From Paraphysomonas bandaiensis (taxonomy: Eukaryota > Protista > Chrysophyceae): 64,000 bases of DNA. A program made the position numbers and the translations under genes. How positions within the stretch are numbered: position 1 is the stretch's first letter; each line of letters starts with the position of its first letter. The notes beneath the pieces are model-generated. The model was not told the origin of the DNA, did no database searches, and worked only from the letters and a program-made list of their open reading frames with translations. This document shows, piece by piece, positions 11,196-24,228 of this stretch. The stretch is from the NCBI GenBank assembly GCA_965644295.1, contig CBFFRP010000442.1:1-64000 (forward strand), written 5' to 3'.

Positions 11196-13241
11196 ATGTC
11201 GCATGTATCTGATCTTAACGATGATGTTCTTCGTCTCATCATCTCTATGATCCCACACTCAGCTCTCCTTCCTGTGATGGTGACTTGCAAGAGACTTCAC
11301 GATATAGTCTACACTGATATCACGAGAGACAAGAGCAGAGAGAGACTTGAGTCACATGCATCGCACTACTGTATGACCAACTCAATGGTCTCATGGGCTC
11401 TGTCTATGGGCTGCCCAGAGGGTCTGCTTTCATATAGCTGTGCACTACACGGCAGACTACAGCAGCTCATACATCTCAAGCATACCTCCCTTCACAAGGA
11501 CACAACCACAGAGGAACCACTACACCAATCGGATATACGGAACGTTTTTGATGTACAGGGTAGACAGGTTAAGTTGTGGCTTCCTCCATGTCCATGGGAT
11601 GAAGATACTAGCCGTGCTGCTGCTTATGGTGGACACTTGGATGTTCTGCAGTGGCTTCGTTCACAGGACCCTCCATGCCCATGGTATGCAGCTGTTTGCC
11701 TTGCTGCTGCTGCAGAATGTGGACACTTGGATGTTCTGCAGTGGCTTCGTTCACAGGATCCTCCCTGTCCATGGGATGAAAGTGCTTGCATTGCGGCTGC
11801 AGAATGTGGACACTTGGATGTTCTGCAGTGGCTTCGTTCACAGGACCCTCCATGTCCATGGGATGAAGATACTAGCCGTGCTGCTGCAGAATGTGGACAC
11901 TTGGATGTTCTGCAGTGGCTTCGTTCACAGGACCCTCCATGTCCATGGGATGAAAGTGCTTGCCGTGCTGCTGCTTATGGTGGACACTTGGATGTTCTGC
12001 AGTGGCTTCGTTCACAGGACCCTCCATGTCCATGGGATGCATGGACTTGCCGTGCTGCTGCTTATGGTGGACACTTGGATGTTCTTCAGTGGCTTCGTTC
12101 ACAGGACCCTCCATGTCCATGGGATGAAAGTGCTTGCCGTGCTGCTGCAGAATGTGGACACTTGGATGTTCTGCAGTGGCTTCATTCACAGGACCCTCCA
12201 TGTCCATGGGATGAAGGTGCTTGCAGTGCTGCTGCAGAATGTGGACACTTGGATGTTCTTCAGTGGCTTCGTTCACAAGACCCTCCATGTCCATGGGATG
12301 CAGGTGCTTGCCGTGCTGCTGCAGAATGTGGACACTTGGATGTTCTGCAGTGGCTTCGTTCACAGGACCCTCCATGTCCATGGGAGGTATGGACTTGCCG
12401 TGCTGCTGCAGACCGTGGGCACTTGGATATTCTGCAGTGGCTTCGTTCACAGGACCCTCCATGGCCATGGGATGAATATGCTTGCCGTATTTCTGCTACT
12501 TTTGGACACTTGGATGTTCTGCAGTGGCTTCGTTCACAGGACCCTCCATGTCCATGGGATGTAGATACTAGCCGTGCTGCTACAGAATGTGGACACTTGG
12601 ATGTTCTGCAGTGGCTTCGTTCACAGGACCCTCCATGTCCATGGGATGAAGATACTTGCCTTGTTGCTGCAGACCGTGGACAGTTGGATGTTCTGCAGTG
12701 GCTTCGTTCACAGGACCCTCCCTGTCCATGGGATGCAGGTGCTTGCCTTGCTGCTGCTGCAGACCGTGGACACTTGGATGTTCTACAGTGGCTTCGTGCA
12801 CAGGACCCTCCATGTCCATGGGATGAAGATGCTTGCCTTGTTGCTGCTTATGGTGGACACTTGGATGTTCTGCAGTGGCTTCGTGCACAGGATCCTCCAT
12901 GTCCATGGGATGAAGATACTAGCCGTGCTGCTGCAGAATGTGGACACTTGGATGTTCTGCAGTGGCTTCGTTCACAGGACCCTCCATGTCTATGGGATAA
13001 AGATACTAGCCGTGCTGCTGCAGAATGTGGACACTTGGATGTTCTGCAGTGGCTTCGTTCACAGGACCCTCCATGTCCATGGGATGAAGATACTAGCCGT
13101 GCTGCTGCTTATGGTGGACACTTGGATATTCTGCAGTGGCTTCGTGCACAGGACCCTCCATGTCCATGGGATGAAAGTGCTTGCCGTGCTGCTGCAAAGC
13201 GTTGGCTTAAGAATACAGTAGAGTGGAACAGTGTTACTTAA
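11196..13241 (+). CDS. F-box-like plus ankyrin-like (CPWD-type) repeat protein, intronless
   Basis: N-terminal SDLNDDVLRLIISMIP...VCKRL-like F-box; 18 full and 1 partial 29-aa repeats CPWDxxxxxAAAxxGHLDVLQWLRSQDPP. Confidence 0.88.
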   Translation: MSHVSDLNDDVLRLIISMIPHSALLPVMVTCKRLHDIVYTDITRDKSRERLESHASHYCMTNSMVSWALSMGCPEGLLSYSCALHGRLQQLIHLKHTSLHKDTTTEEPLHQSDIRNVFDVQGRQVKLWLPPCPWDEDTSRAAAYGGHLDVLQWLRSQDPPCPWYAAVCLAAAAECGHLDVLQWLRSQDPPCPWDESACIAAAECGHLDVLQWLRSQDPPCPWDEDTSRAAAECGHLDVLQWLRSQDPPCPWDESACRAAAYGGHLDVLQWLRSQDPPCPWDAWTCRAAAYGGHLDVLQWLRSQDPPCPWDESACRAAAECGHLDVLQWLHSQDPPCPWDEGACSAAAECGHLDVLQWLRSQDPPCPWDAGACRAAAECGHLDVLQWLRSQDPPCPWEVWTCRAAADRGHLDILQWLRSQDPPWPWDEYACRISATFGHLDVLQWLRSQDPPCPWDVDTSRAATECGHLDVLQWLRSQDPPCPWDEDTCLVAADRGQLDVLQWLRSQDPPCPWDAGACLAAAADRGHLDVLQWLRAQDPPCPWDEDACLVAAYGGHLDVLQWLRAQDPPCPWDEDTSRAAAECGHLDVLQWLRSQDPPCLWDKDTSRAAAECGHLDVLQWLRSQDPPCPWDEDTSRAAAYGGHLDILQWLRAQDPPCPWDESACRAAAKRWLKNTVEWNSVT

Positions 13242-15393
13242 TTAATGAAATAGTAATGGAAATTTACATGAATGAATTAACAATAGAAATTATCTTAGTG
13301 CAACTGAAATATATTGACTGTAGGAGACAATATGACAATCTTATCGAAGTTTGACATTATATGAGAAGTTTTAACTTAACAACAGAAAGGTAAACTTATA
13401 CTCAATGCTGAGAATTATAAATTATAATCAATATTTCTTATCATTCATCAATTTCATGTTGTCTCTACGTCTCTACTACCACTCATTTCTCGTACGATCT
13501 TACTTCGTCACTATATTCCGTTTTACCACTATATACTATATACTTATTGTCATTCATTCTCATAGTACGATTAACAAGAGTACAACTGTATACTACTGTA
13601 ATTTAAATACCTTATAACTACAGCTTTGAATTAATTGCTCTCATATAGCAGAACTCAACACCCCTTCTCAATTCAAAGCTGTAGATAGACTCTTGACATC
13701 ACAAGACATAACTGATAACTGACGGTTACGCAACCACCGAAACCAAACAGGACAAACAGGTGGACGTATGACTCCGACATTTCAGCTAGTCTCACTTTAC
13801 AGTCAACTGATCATCTACGTCGTTTGAGCGAATTGTCTCTAATAACCACAACAGATGATTTCTGATCCTCTCCCAGACACCTCGTCCTGTGCTTCTCGTA
13901 AGTCACACCACACAAAGATTTCGCTGATCATCAGTCCCAACGTAGTACAATATAGCAGGACCATCAGGATCTGCGTGTTCCCGAACCCAATGGTACTTGA
14001 TCTCGATGTGTTTTGAACGCTTATGAAATACCAGATTCAATATTAAGTTACAAGCACTGTGGTTCTCCACGAATAATGGTGTGGGTTTGCGTAGACGAAG
14101 TCCTAAAATTCGATCAACACCCCCCGAAGCCATGCCAGTTCTTGCATGTCAGCATACATAGCCTGATACTCGCTTTGCATTGATGACGTTGAGACTGTAG
14201 CCTGTAATAATGTGGACTGCCAGATAAGTGGTCCACCAGCAGCAAACATATATATCCAGTCGTAGATCGACGTGACACCACATCGCCAGCAGTATGCATC
14301 TGTAAAGATATATATGCATGTCGAAGTGCTTATGCACAAACAGACTTGTGGGTTTGCTCCCAATAAATGCATATAATAAGGTATGAATAAACACTTATTA
14401 TTACTGGTAAAGCACCTAACGTGGTCAAAGATATCCGCTAGATAACGCCGCGCAGTATTCCCTATAAGAATAAAGATCGCTGTTAAGTCAGTGTCAAGTA
14501 ACTTAAAAAACAATGAAGTGCAAGAAATAAAATATAGAATGATAAAACTGAAAAACAGCTAACTAAATTGAGTAACCTGATACCGTATTGGCTGATACAT
14601 AGCGTCTACAATACGCTCTTTAAAGGTCCTAACTCCTGCTGCTCATCTCTGTATTCAGAGCACCATCATGAATACGCAACTCACAGAGGTATTGGGCTGT
14701 ATACATCCATAGTTCTGCACTTAACTTGAGACATTTATGTTCAGGATGAACCAGCAACATCTGAAAATCACTTGTTACGCTGTTCTGAGGGTGATGCAGA
14801 GAGAATTGTGTGTACATCGTGTTAATGCTACCTATAAGTCTCTTTCCATTGCCCTTACTGCCTCTTCTTCATAGCACCACAGGTGCAGCCGGCTGGCTTT
14901 ACATGTATTGCAGGTAGAGATACTGGGTGACGCAGTTTTAGTGGCGTGATGTTTTTAGTAGCCTCGTGTATACCCTTCAGTGTTAATGGCTTGTTGTAAT
15001 TCTGTGACTCGTAGCTAGATCCTTGTACTTCCCAGTAACTAAAAATGTCTGGTGTTGTTTGCTGTCCTTCTTCAGAATCTGTTGTTGACTCTCTTCTTGT
15101 TGCTGAATGCCTTATTTTGCTACTACAAATTGCTACTATATAAACCCCCAGGGTTACATGCTTACCAATGAACCGAATACCCTTCTGTACTGTACCCGTA
15201 ACGTACTGTAATAGGTGAGTCATTAAATAACATAGCACCCAGTATACCGCGATAACGATAATTATCTAATAATACAGTAGAATGGAACAGTATTACATGA
15301 ATTAATGAAATAGTAGTAGAAATAAATCATGAATGAATTAATAATAGAATTTATCTTAGTGCAACTGAAATATATTGACTGTATTAGACATTA
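13212..15393 (+). repeat. ~120-bp diverged direct duplication of the 3' end of the ankyrin-like gene (13212-13331 and ~15271-15393)
   Basis: Shared AATACAGTAGARTGGAACAGT...TATCTTAGTGCAACTGAAATATATTGACTGTA. Confidence 0.8.
13900..14420 (-). mobile_element. Degenerate Ty1/copia pol remnant (RT end and RNase H)
   Basis: Frameshifted fragments RRSTTGY, SSMQSEYQAM, FHKRSKHIEIKYHWVRE; a further RT-like piece HLLQYVTGTVQKGI near 15170-15230. Confidence 0.85.
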
Positions 15394-15396
15394 TAG

Positions 15397-15500
15397 CAGG
15401 GCTTGGTAACCGTAAATGGCCCATTAATGGTAGTCCGGTTCCCGGCAATTATAATAGCCTTACCATTAGTGCCATTACCATTAACGGGTACCAGGCCCTG
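15397..15500. mobile_element. 104-bp MITE with hAT-like CAGGG termini
   Basis: TIRs CAGGGCTTGGTAACCGTAAATGG vs reverse complement CAGGGCCTGGTACCCGTTAATGG (20/23). No clean TSD. Confidence 0.7.
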
Positions 15501-15690
15501 TATTAGAAAATGACAGTGTATTATATGATTGACTATATACTCTATGGATTATAGATGTGGTGATGACATGATTGTTGTGAGGTGTTTGTTTTCTATTTTA
15601 ATAAATTGATTATCCCCATTTAGTCTTTTTTTTTTGACCTGAACTGGATTCAACAGAACGTTCATAAGCACCGGGCCAATATAGAAGTAT

Positions 15691-15934
15691 TGAATGTCTG
15701 ACTATTAGCAATAGGCCAGACTAGTCTTCGTCTAACTACTTATCTGGTGTTGGTTCTTGACGCCCACTGTTAATAATAAGACTTTCACACATAGCAATAG
15801 GCGTGTATGAGTCAGAACTAAAGTAGCAAAACAATTTAACTAACTATTGCTTAACTCTGATATCCTACTAATTTAGCGCTACGTATGCTGCTTATGCGTC
15901 ACCGCAAGCACCAAGGCGCAACCACTTTCGCTCT
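15691..15934 (-). mobile_element. Dispersed repeat, probable non-LTR retroelement 3' end (copy 1)
   Basis: Same left boundary and conserved ~75-bp core as 55221-55409. Confidence 0.55.
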
Positions 15935-16589
15935 CTGTCCTAAAGGTGAACTAGCCCGGATGCTTGACTTCAGTAGACAGCCCAATACCCCAGATGCCGT
16001 TGCGGTTCAGGGCTGCGTAATAATTAATAGCAAGGTACCTTAGATTTGCGCAGATCACTTATGTTGTTTTTGCTCTACTGAAAGCCTTTCTACACAATTA
16101 GTAGTGGAGTAAATATGCTTCAAGCAGTGGTACTTAGTTGGTTTGGTCGTGCGTAGTCGTTTTCGTTCATGATGAGCTTGGAATTTTCTCGTCAGTTAGT
16201 CGACACCATCATCTTCATTTTTCTCTTCTTCATCAGTTCTGTCCCACAGAAAACGCTTGAGCTGCGCGTTCTCAAGTGCAGTGAGAGTGTCCTCCAATCC
16301 ACTTTGGACTTAACACCACAGCATTTTCGATGCAATACAATGTATAGTCCACATCCGCACCAAGAAAGTGGACAATGAATGTACACTATATTGTGTTATT
16401 GAGCCCTTTGAACTGTTTTAAGAGTCATGGAGCCTGCAGTAGCCGATGCAAAGTCAGAGCTTACTCTAGAAGATCTGATGCAGTATATGCGTGAGCAACG
16501 TGAGTATATGGAACAACGTTTTCATCAGCAACAGGCGTTCAATGAGCATGTTCAACGGAGTCTTGAGAAGGCTAGTACGAGGGTAATAT

Positions 16590-17196
16590 ATACATACATA
16601 CATACATACATACATACATACATACATACATACATACATACATACATACATACATACATACATACATACATACATACATACATACATACATACATACATA
16701 CATACATACATACATACATACATACATAGTACATACATACATACATACATACATACATACATACATACATACATACATACATACATACATACATACATAC
16801 ATACATACATACATACATACATACATACATACATACATACATACATACATAGTACATACATACATACATACATACATACATACATACATACATACATACA
16901 TACATAGTACATACATACATACATACATACATACATACATACATACATACATACATACATACATACATACATACATACATACATACATACATACATACAT
17001 ACATACATACATACATACATACATACATACATACATACATACATACATACATACATACATACATACATACATACATACATACATACATACATACATACAT
17101 ACATACATACATACATACATACATACATACATACATACATACATACATACATACATACATACATACATACATACATACATACATACATGCATACAT
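16590..17196. repeat. (ACAT)n microsatellite with rare AGT interruptions
   Basis: Seen directly; upstream of the C2 gene. Confidence 0.97.
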
Positions 17197-17421
17197 ACTT
17201 ACATAACGCATAAAAGTAACCGCCGGGTGGTGTTTTTGTGTATGTATGTGTGTGTGTTTGTTGTGTGGGTCTGTATGTGGATTCCCATTTCATCGTACGT
17301 CTCGCAGTTGTTGCTTCACACCCTGTCGGCCGACTGTTTGAGCACTGCCTTATCGAGTCAACAGGAAGTCGTCCTGTGTAATAGACAGTAGCGATCGTAG
17401 TGTGTTGATGTAATAGTGTGT

Positions 17422-19952
17422 ATGGCTCCAACAACTCTCTCGCCTCTATCCAGACAAGGGAGCCGATCACCTGACCGCTCGATGAGTGGATCTCCTAATA
17501 GTCATCTCTCACATACAAATAAACTAGATTTCTCAGCTGAACGTGAGCAACTGTCTGTTAAACTGAGGAGTTTAGGTGAGCAGATTGCTGATATTCAGGC
17601 CAAAAGAAAGAAGCTGTCTCCGCTGTCCAAGTACAGTGTGGTCTCTCCAACTAAAAGCAATAATTCTAAAGACACAAAAAAGTCATCAAAGAAAATGCTT
17701 CATCATCCGAAATTAGAATATGTTGTTGCTGAAGCTGCGTTCTCTCCTTACTTAACACGACCTGAGGCTAGCTATAGCGAAAGGACACTCTCTGTACCGG
17801 GGAAGATAAAGGAAGCACGGTTTGCTGGAAAGGAGCCTACTCGGGAAACAATTCCGGTCAATATGAAGAAAGCTAAAAAAGTATTCATGGATGAAATAGT
17901 AAATTTCAAACCACGATTTGAGGTGGGTCTTTTCAAGCTTTCGGGTATTATTTATTACACTAACGTTATTTACAGTTCCATGAGAAGACGAAAAATCTTC
18001 CATTGCAATATTTTGAACCCCCTCCCGATCTATTTATCCCCGGTGTTCATGCTAAGCCTCGAAAAACTGTGTTTCCTAATAAATACCAGCCCTTAAAGGG
18101 ACACACGGGGAAGTTGAGTCACATTGAGGCGTTTCTGTCTTACGATCCTAATGACCCCTCCCTTCGCCCACAAACAACTCCTCTGGAGCAGCCACGCCTG
18201 TCGCAGCAGGAGTGCGAGAAACTCCTCAAACAGCTAGAGAAGGAGGCGAACCGCCCCGGAACTTCTCCACAGAGTGGATCTAAGTTATTACGCTCGAGTA
18301 GTGGTGTTCTCAAAGCCCATGCCGGCAGAGGCGGACCTGACAAATATCGCAAAGAGAAACGATACAAGAAAGCCATCCAAGGACTGATAAGCTACATGTC
18401 TACAGCAGCAGATGATGAACAAGGCAATGCCGATGACACAATTGACCTTTCGGGCATGTACTTTGATAATGCGGAAGACGAACTCAACCCTGACATCGCA
18501 GCGAAACGCCCCCCACAATTTCCTTTTGATGAAGTCACTGTGCGAATCAAGAAAGTTGTAATAAAGAACTTGAAGTCACCATTTGTGTTTGGAAAGAAAG
18601 ACCCGTACGTGCAGTTTAAATATGGAAAACGCTGGACCGGTAGGACGCCTACGTCCTACCTGGCAGCGAACCCGTGTAAGTGGGTATTCAAAAGTGACGA
18701 CAGGAGTATGTGGTTTGATTCCACATCCGAGATTGTGAACAACGGCTTGAAGTTGAAGGCAACAGTGTTCAATGAAAATAAATTGCGAGCACATGTTGAG
18801 TATGGGACATGCAAGGTAGATATTGCACAAGCGATGATGGGCAAGACACTGGAGGAGGAGTTCACTGTAACTGCGCCTATCACTACATATGACAGTACAG
18901 TATCTGGGAGAATTATGGTTGTGTTAGATATGATCGAGCGGCAAACAGAAGTTCACTCTCGAATAGAAAATACTCCCGCGACTACCGTGCTGGAAAACCA
19001 AAACGAGGACAAAGATGAGTATTGTGATGATTATGATGACGACAGCAAAGACGAAGTTCGTGGAGATGCCAAGATGCAGCATGATGTCAAATCAGATTCA
19101 CGTAGTAGCCACGATCATAAATCAGAAGGAAAGACTTCTGATATGGAACATGCCGATGACAAATATACAGACGATGATTTTCTAAATGATACAGTTTCTG
19201 ATACAAAGAATTCTAATGAAAACTTGCCAGAGGAAGTTGCCGGTGATGAAGAAAGCGCTCGTTATGGAGGTGATGAGTTTGATGATTCGTCTGCGAAGGT
19301 GTCTGCCAGTAAGGATTGTGACGAAGGGGAAGGAGATGAATATGTTGATGATTATGAAGATTCGTATGTGGGTAGCTCCGGAGCGAAATCTGATGAAGCA
19401 AAAAGGTCAAGGGAAGAGAAATTAGGTGAAGGAAGTATCGGTGAGTATGCAGATGATTTTCAGGACTCCGATTTAAATGCTTCAGAAGTAATGGCTCCAA
19501 CATCGAGTGAACCTGAAAATGCTGCACATGAATCTATTATTGAAGGTAATGACGAGGAAGCCTTGAACTCTTATGCTGATGACTTTAATGATGATGCTGC
19601 ATGCCTTGGGGGCGATTTGGAGTTTTCAACTGATGCTGAGGATGCAAAGACATCTACTGTTGTCGGAGGTTCTGTCGCACCAATGAGTAATATATCTGAA
19701 AACGCGGAAGAGTGTTCTAAAGATGGGAAAACTGGAGTAGACTACGAAGCGAGTGTCTTTTATGACGTCAGCGCGGAAGAAAATGACGTACAGCCTGTAG
19801 GGGAAAGTCTTGGATCTCCAAGTGTTCTCGGTGAAAGTAGCGTGATGGGTACACATATCGTGGGAGAGATAGATGCCAAGAAAAGCTCTGATGAAGATTA
19901 CATTTACGAAGATGATGAGGATGGATCATATCTTTCTGAGAGCAAGGCTTGA
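17422..19952 (+). CDS. C2-domain protein with a long acidic disordered tail
   Basis: Intron 17923-17975 joins ORF 17416 to ORF 18003 in frame; C2 motifs VRIKKVVIKNLK, KKDPYVQF, LKATVFNEN. A possible extra 5' exon at 16427-16582 could not be confidently joined. Confidence 0.75.
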
Positions 19953-21571
19953 ATAAGCCCTTAGCATGAGTAAATCAAGTCGTGTGTGAGTGTTTTGTGT
20001 GTAGTATGTCGCGGTGTATGTTAGGTAGATAGCATGTTGTGACCAAGTACGCGTAGTGCTGTTGTAAAGATATTCGTTTTTACTGCTGCACTATGATATG
20101 CAAATGTGGGGATAATCACTGTGGTGACGTCAGTGGGTCTCTTTTGTTCATCACGTTATAATTAATATAGCAGCGCAATTCAATGGACACTTTACGTTAC
20201 TACGTTACCTATTTTACCAATTTATAGGGAGACACGCATCAGCATTACTGGTGTTGCAGCAATACAGAGTATAGAGCTATATACTTCATACGAACGCAGG
20301 TATAGTGAATGCTATTCGTATTCGACTAGAGTTAGTTTGGTTATCGTAGATCAGCAACACACACAAGACAAGAAATTAAAGTTTCCTTTATTCTTTCAAC
20401 TCAATGCAATATTTTCTTTTGTTTCTGTGTCTGTACCACATGCTTAATATGCCACATACCAAGTACGTTACTTGCTGGCGCTTACGGATGATTCTAACGC
20501 ATTATTATAGAAAAGAATCTTCTTATTCTTATTTGCATTCTTTCTAAATAAACATCCGTAAATATATTTGCCCCATTCCGACAGTGTGGTCATAATGTAG
20601 ACCCGCTGGTATACCGCATATAACACCAAGATTTTGTCGCTGATTTTATGTAGTTATCCACCCGTTCACCATCTTCGCTGACCATGTAGTATTCGCACGT
20701 AGATTCTGTGTGAGTCACCCTACTCCATCATTCGTGGTCACAAAGATTCAGCGGGATTTCTCGTAGCTATGCACTCTGCAGGTTGCAGGTTTTTGCGCAG
20801 ATGCTAGCAAGGCATGTTCACCTATGCATCCCCTAACGATGATCACGCGGTATAGGCCTCGTATGGCATTGGCTGATATCCCTCCTCCCCATTATTGTGC
20901 GGGGCTTCCTCGTGGTCATGTGTGGGCTATGCAAGTGTAGTGTGGATATCAGAGACGAGGACCTGCACTGTACTCTTGTCTGTGTGTGCCCCTCTGCTCC
21001 TTATTTCTGTTTGTTAATAAGGTCAGATAGTGGATGCGGGCCCGGATACTGTACACTGATCTCTGTGGTGAGATATACATGGACCGGGACAGACCGATGC
21101 ATCATATGCATGCCATGCACTGTCTGTGTATATATAGAGCAGACATGTGCATACATGCACACACATCACTGCAGTGTTGTATTGACATTTATGGGAAATG
21201 GGGATCTGAATCTGAAAATCCCATATATTTAGCCAATTGTGTCATAGGAATAGCATTTTTATAATAGTGAGTACAGAAAATCCATAGTTTTTTCTTTGTC
21301 CATTGACCATTCAGAACTCTGTATGCTCATATGATTGGACAGCGTTGAATCCTGTGTGGTGTATGCGGGAGTGTCCAGTTGTCGTGTGTATGTGTCTATA
21401 TAGAGCGAGGTGTATGTATGTATACACACAGCTGAGAGCTCCACACACTCACCATACAAGCAAGTCATCAATAACTTCACAGCAATGCACCGTCTAACAT
21501 CGAGACTGTGTGTATAGGCTTCTCTTCCATTGATTGACTTGATTCAATAGTCTCTCCACTGTACAGGGAGG

Positions 21572-24228
21572 ATGAGTATGCAGAGTTGGGTCATGAGTTT
21601 AGTAACGGTCGTTGTCGGTACGTTGAGATGACTGGAATCATATTCACTTTAAAGCAATGCTCTTATTCGATGTTGCATGCAGCTTTATGTGCAGTGTTGG
21701 CAGCCTTCGGATTCAGAGGGCGCGTTTCAAGTGAGCAGATCGACTCATGTGTATATATATGTATACTATACGTGTATATGTATACGGCTGTATATGCATG
21801 TATCTATACGCATATATAGTCTATATAGAGCTGCATACGTGCATAGATACACCTGCATGACCATTGATTCTCCTGTGCAGCCATTGGAGTCGATCTTGGC
21901 ACCACTTATTCGGTTGTTGGTGTTCGATTTGGAGGCCATGTAAAGATAATTGAGGATGAGTCTCATCGAGTGCTCTTCCCGTCTGTTGTGTCGTATCTTG
22001 ATAGCGGAGGTTAGTCCATGTAGCGGAATGATTACGCCATGTCATTGGCTGTACACAGATGTTATTGTCGGGTATGAAGCATTAGCTAGACTGAAGTCTC
22101 ATCCGGAGGCCACTATTTTCAACTCAAAGAGATTTATTGGCCGAAAGTGAGTGTGTTTCAGCCTGCTGTTGGTTTACTTTGTGGGTACCGTGAGCATAGT
22201 ATCATAGTTTCTGAATGCTCGATGACACAGTATGTGTGTGGCCAATGCTGTTTTTGTCGCCATATTTCAGTTTATTAATGTGTCTACGCAGCTGGGAAGA
22301 TCAAAGTATACAGGAGTACGGCCAGAACCACCCTTACACGATCGCAAGATGCAACACAAGTGTGTCGAATTATAGTACTGTAGCTTTCCAAGTACCGACC
22401 AAATCAAGAGATAGTTCTGACAGAGTTTTCAAGCTTGTATCCCCTGAAGACGTTGGTGCAGAAATTTTGAAGCATCTATTACAAATTACAGCGAGATATC
22501 TTGGCCATAACCAGGTGTCGTGGTGTATCACTTTAATTGATTGGATGGCTGCGTAATGAGTGTTTTTTTCGTGGTACACCGAATTTTTTTGTGCATCGCA
22601 TCATCTTGTCAATAATTATTTTGCCTCTCCAGCTCATAATTGCTTTTATTCAGGTTAACAAGGCCGTTATTGCTGTTCCTGCCAAATTTACCAGCGAGCA
22701 ACGAGCGGCCACAGGAGCTGCATACAAAGCAGCAGGACTGAAGGTAAAACTCGTGGATTGTACGTGATACTTTCGTCTGTGGTAAATTGTCATATACTAA
22801 GGTCTTTCGTTATATTGGCTGGTGAACTGATATGTGTGGCTGTGTTAGGTGGTGCGAGTTATTGAGGAGCCCACTGCTGCAGCCGTGGCCTATGACCTTC
22901 ACAAGAAAAGCAACGTGCACCACATATTGGTATATGACTTTGGAGGAGGAACTTTAGATGTTTCTTTGTTATATGTGGCCAAGGGATCTGTGCAGGTATG
23001 TACACCTTGTGCTGTGTGCTAAAATAGTGTCGCACACATGTGTGCCGATATGTACGATTTGCTGCGCTATGAGTGAATATATCATAACTTGTGTCGCAGG
23101 TTTATGCGACGGATGGGGATGATGAGCTTGGTGGTAGTGACCTGGATATGTGCCTCTACAACATCATAACTGAGAAGGTAAGAGATTAAAATGAGATAAA
23201 CTATGTCGTTCGCCGGTGTTTTGTCACATAGTACAACATCCGATGAAATATGAATTGTTGTAGTGTGTTGAACTGTAGTGCAGTTGGTTGTGTTGTACCT
23301 CTGTATTACGAATATGTGTCACTTCAAACAGATTTTGTCTCACAGCATTATTTCATGCTAAATTCTACACTATATGTTAGCATTGACATTCTGAATTTGT
23401 TGCAGGTGTTTGCTCTGACCAACAGGGAGGTGCATATTCCAAGTCTTTCGGATGGCCATCACGGTGACATGACAGAACTCTGTGTCCCCGCCACTGTGCG
23501 GCAAAAATCTGAACAGGTGAGATTGTCCACAAAAATATTGGCCTGTGCCCGACATCTATATATATATATATACGTGATGAGTGTATGTAGGTAAAGAAAG
23601 ATTTAACGACTCATGAATCTGCGAATTTTTCGTGCAAAGTTCCTGAAAAAGACCACAACAATGTCGTTCAGTTTACACTTTCTCGGAGTGAATTCGAAGG
23701 TAACACAACTGTTGGAGTTGATATTTGTTTCACTGTGTACAGTAAAATAGTATAGTATATTTTCTTGTGGTTTTTCTTATGTGTTTATTGCAGACGGATG
23801 CCAACATTTGTTTGAGAGAAGTATGAGCCCTGTGTCAAGGCTACTGGACGATTTGGGTACGATTGTTTTAGATGTGGAATGATGTTGCCATGTAGATCGT
23901 TTTGATTCGATTTTGATCGCATATAATCCGTTACGCTGTGTTCATAATATGCGTGTTGACAGGAATGTCTAGAAGTGATGTCGACGAGATTGTTTTGGTT
24001 GGGGGCACCACTAGGATTCCTTTAGTTAAGCAGCAATTGAGGTACCGCTTACTAATATTGTATGTGGTGTCGTGTTCTTGTATCGTATGTGTACCTACCT
24101 TACATGCAGCTGAAATCTTGAAATTGCTGACCCCTTAATGCAGAGATTTCTTCGAAAGAGACGATTTGAATGATAAGATTGATCCTGATGTAACAGTTGC
24201 GCATGGAGCAGCCTCTATACTTGATTAG
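21572..24228 (+). CDS. Hsp70 family, signal peptide plus ATPase domain only (HSPA13/STCH-like)
   Basis: [52 protein letters not shown]; stops at [16 protein letters not shown] with no substrate-binding domain. Confidence 0.85.

Noticed and set aside
11440-13221. Alternative-frame and antisense ORFs over the ankyrin-like gene
   Set aside because: Shadows of the 87-bp tandem repeat.
16197-16582. Short protein-like fragments on both strands upstream of the ACAT array
   Set aside because: Could not be joined in frame to a convincing gene model.
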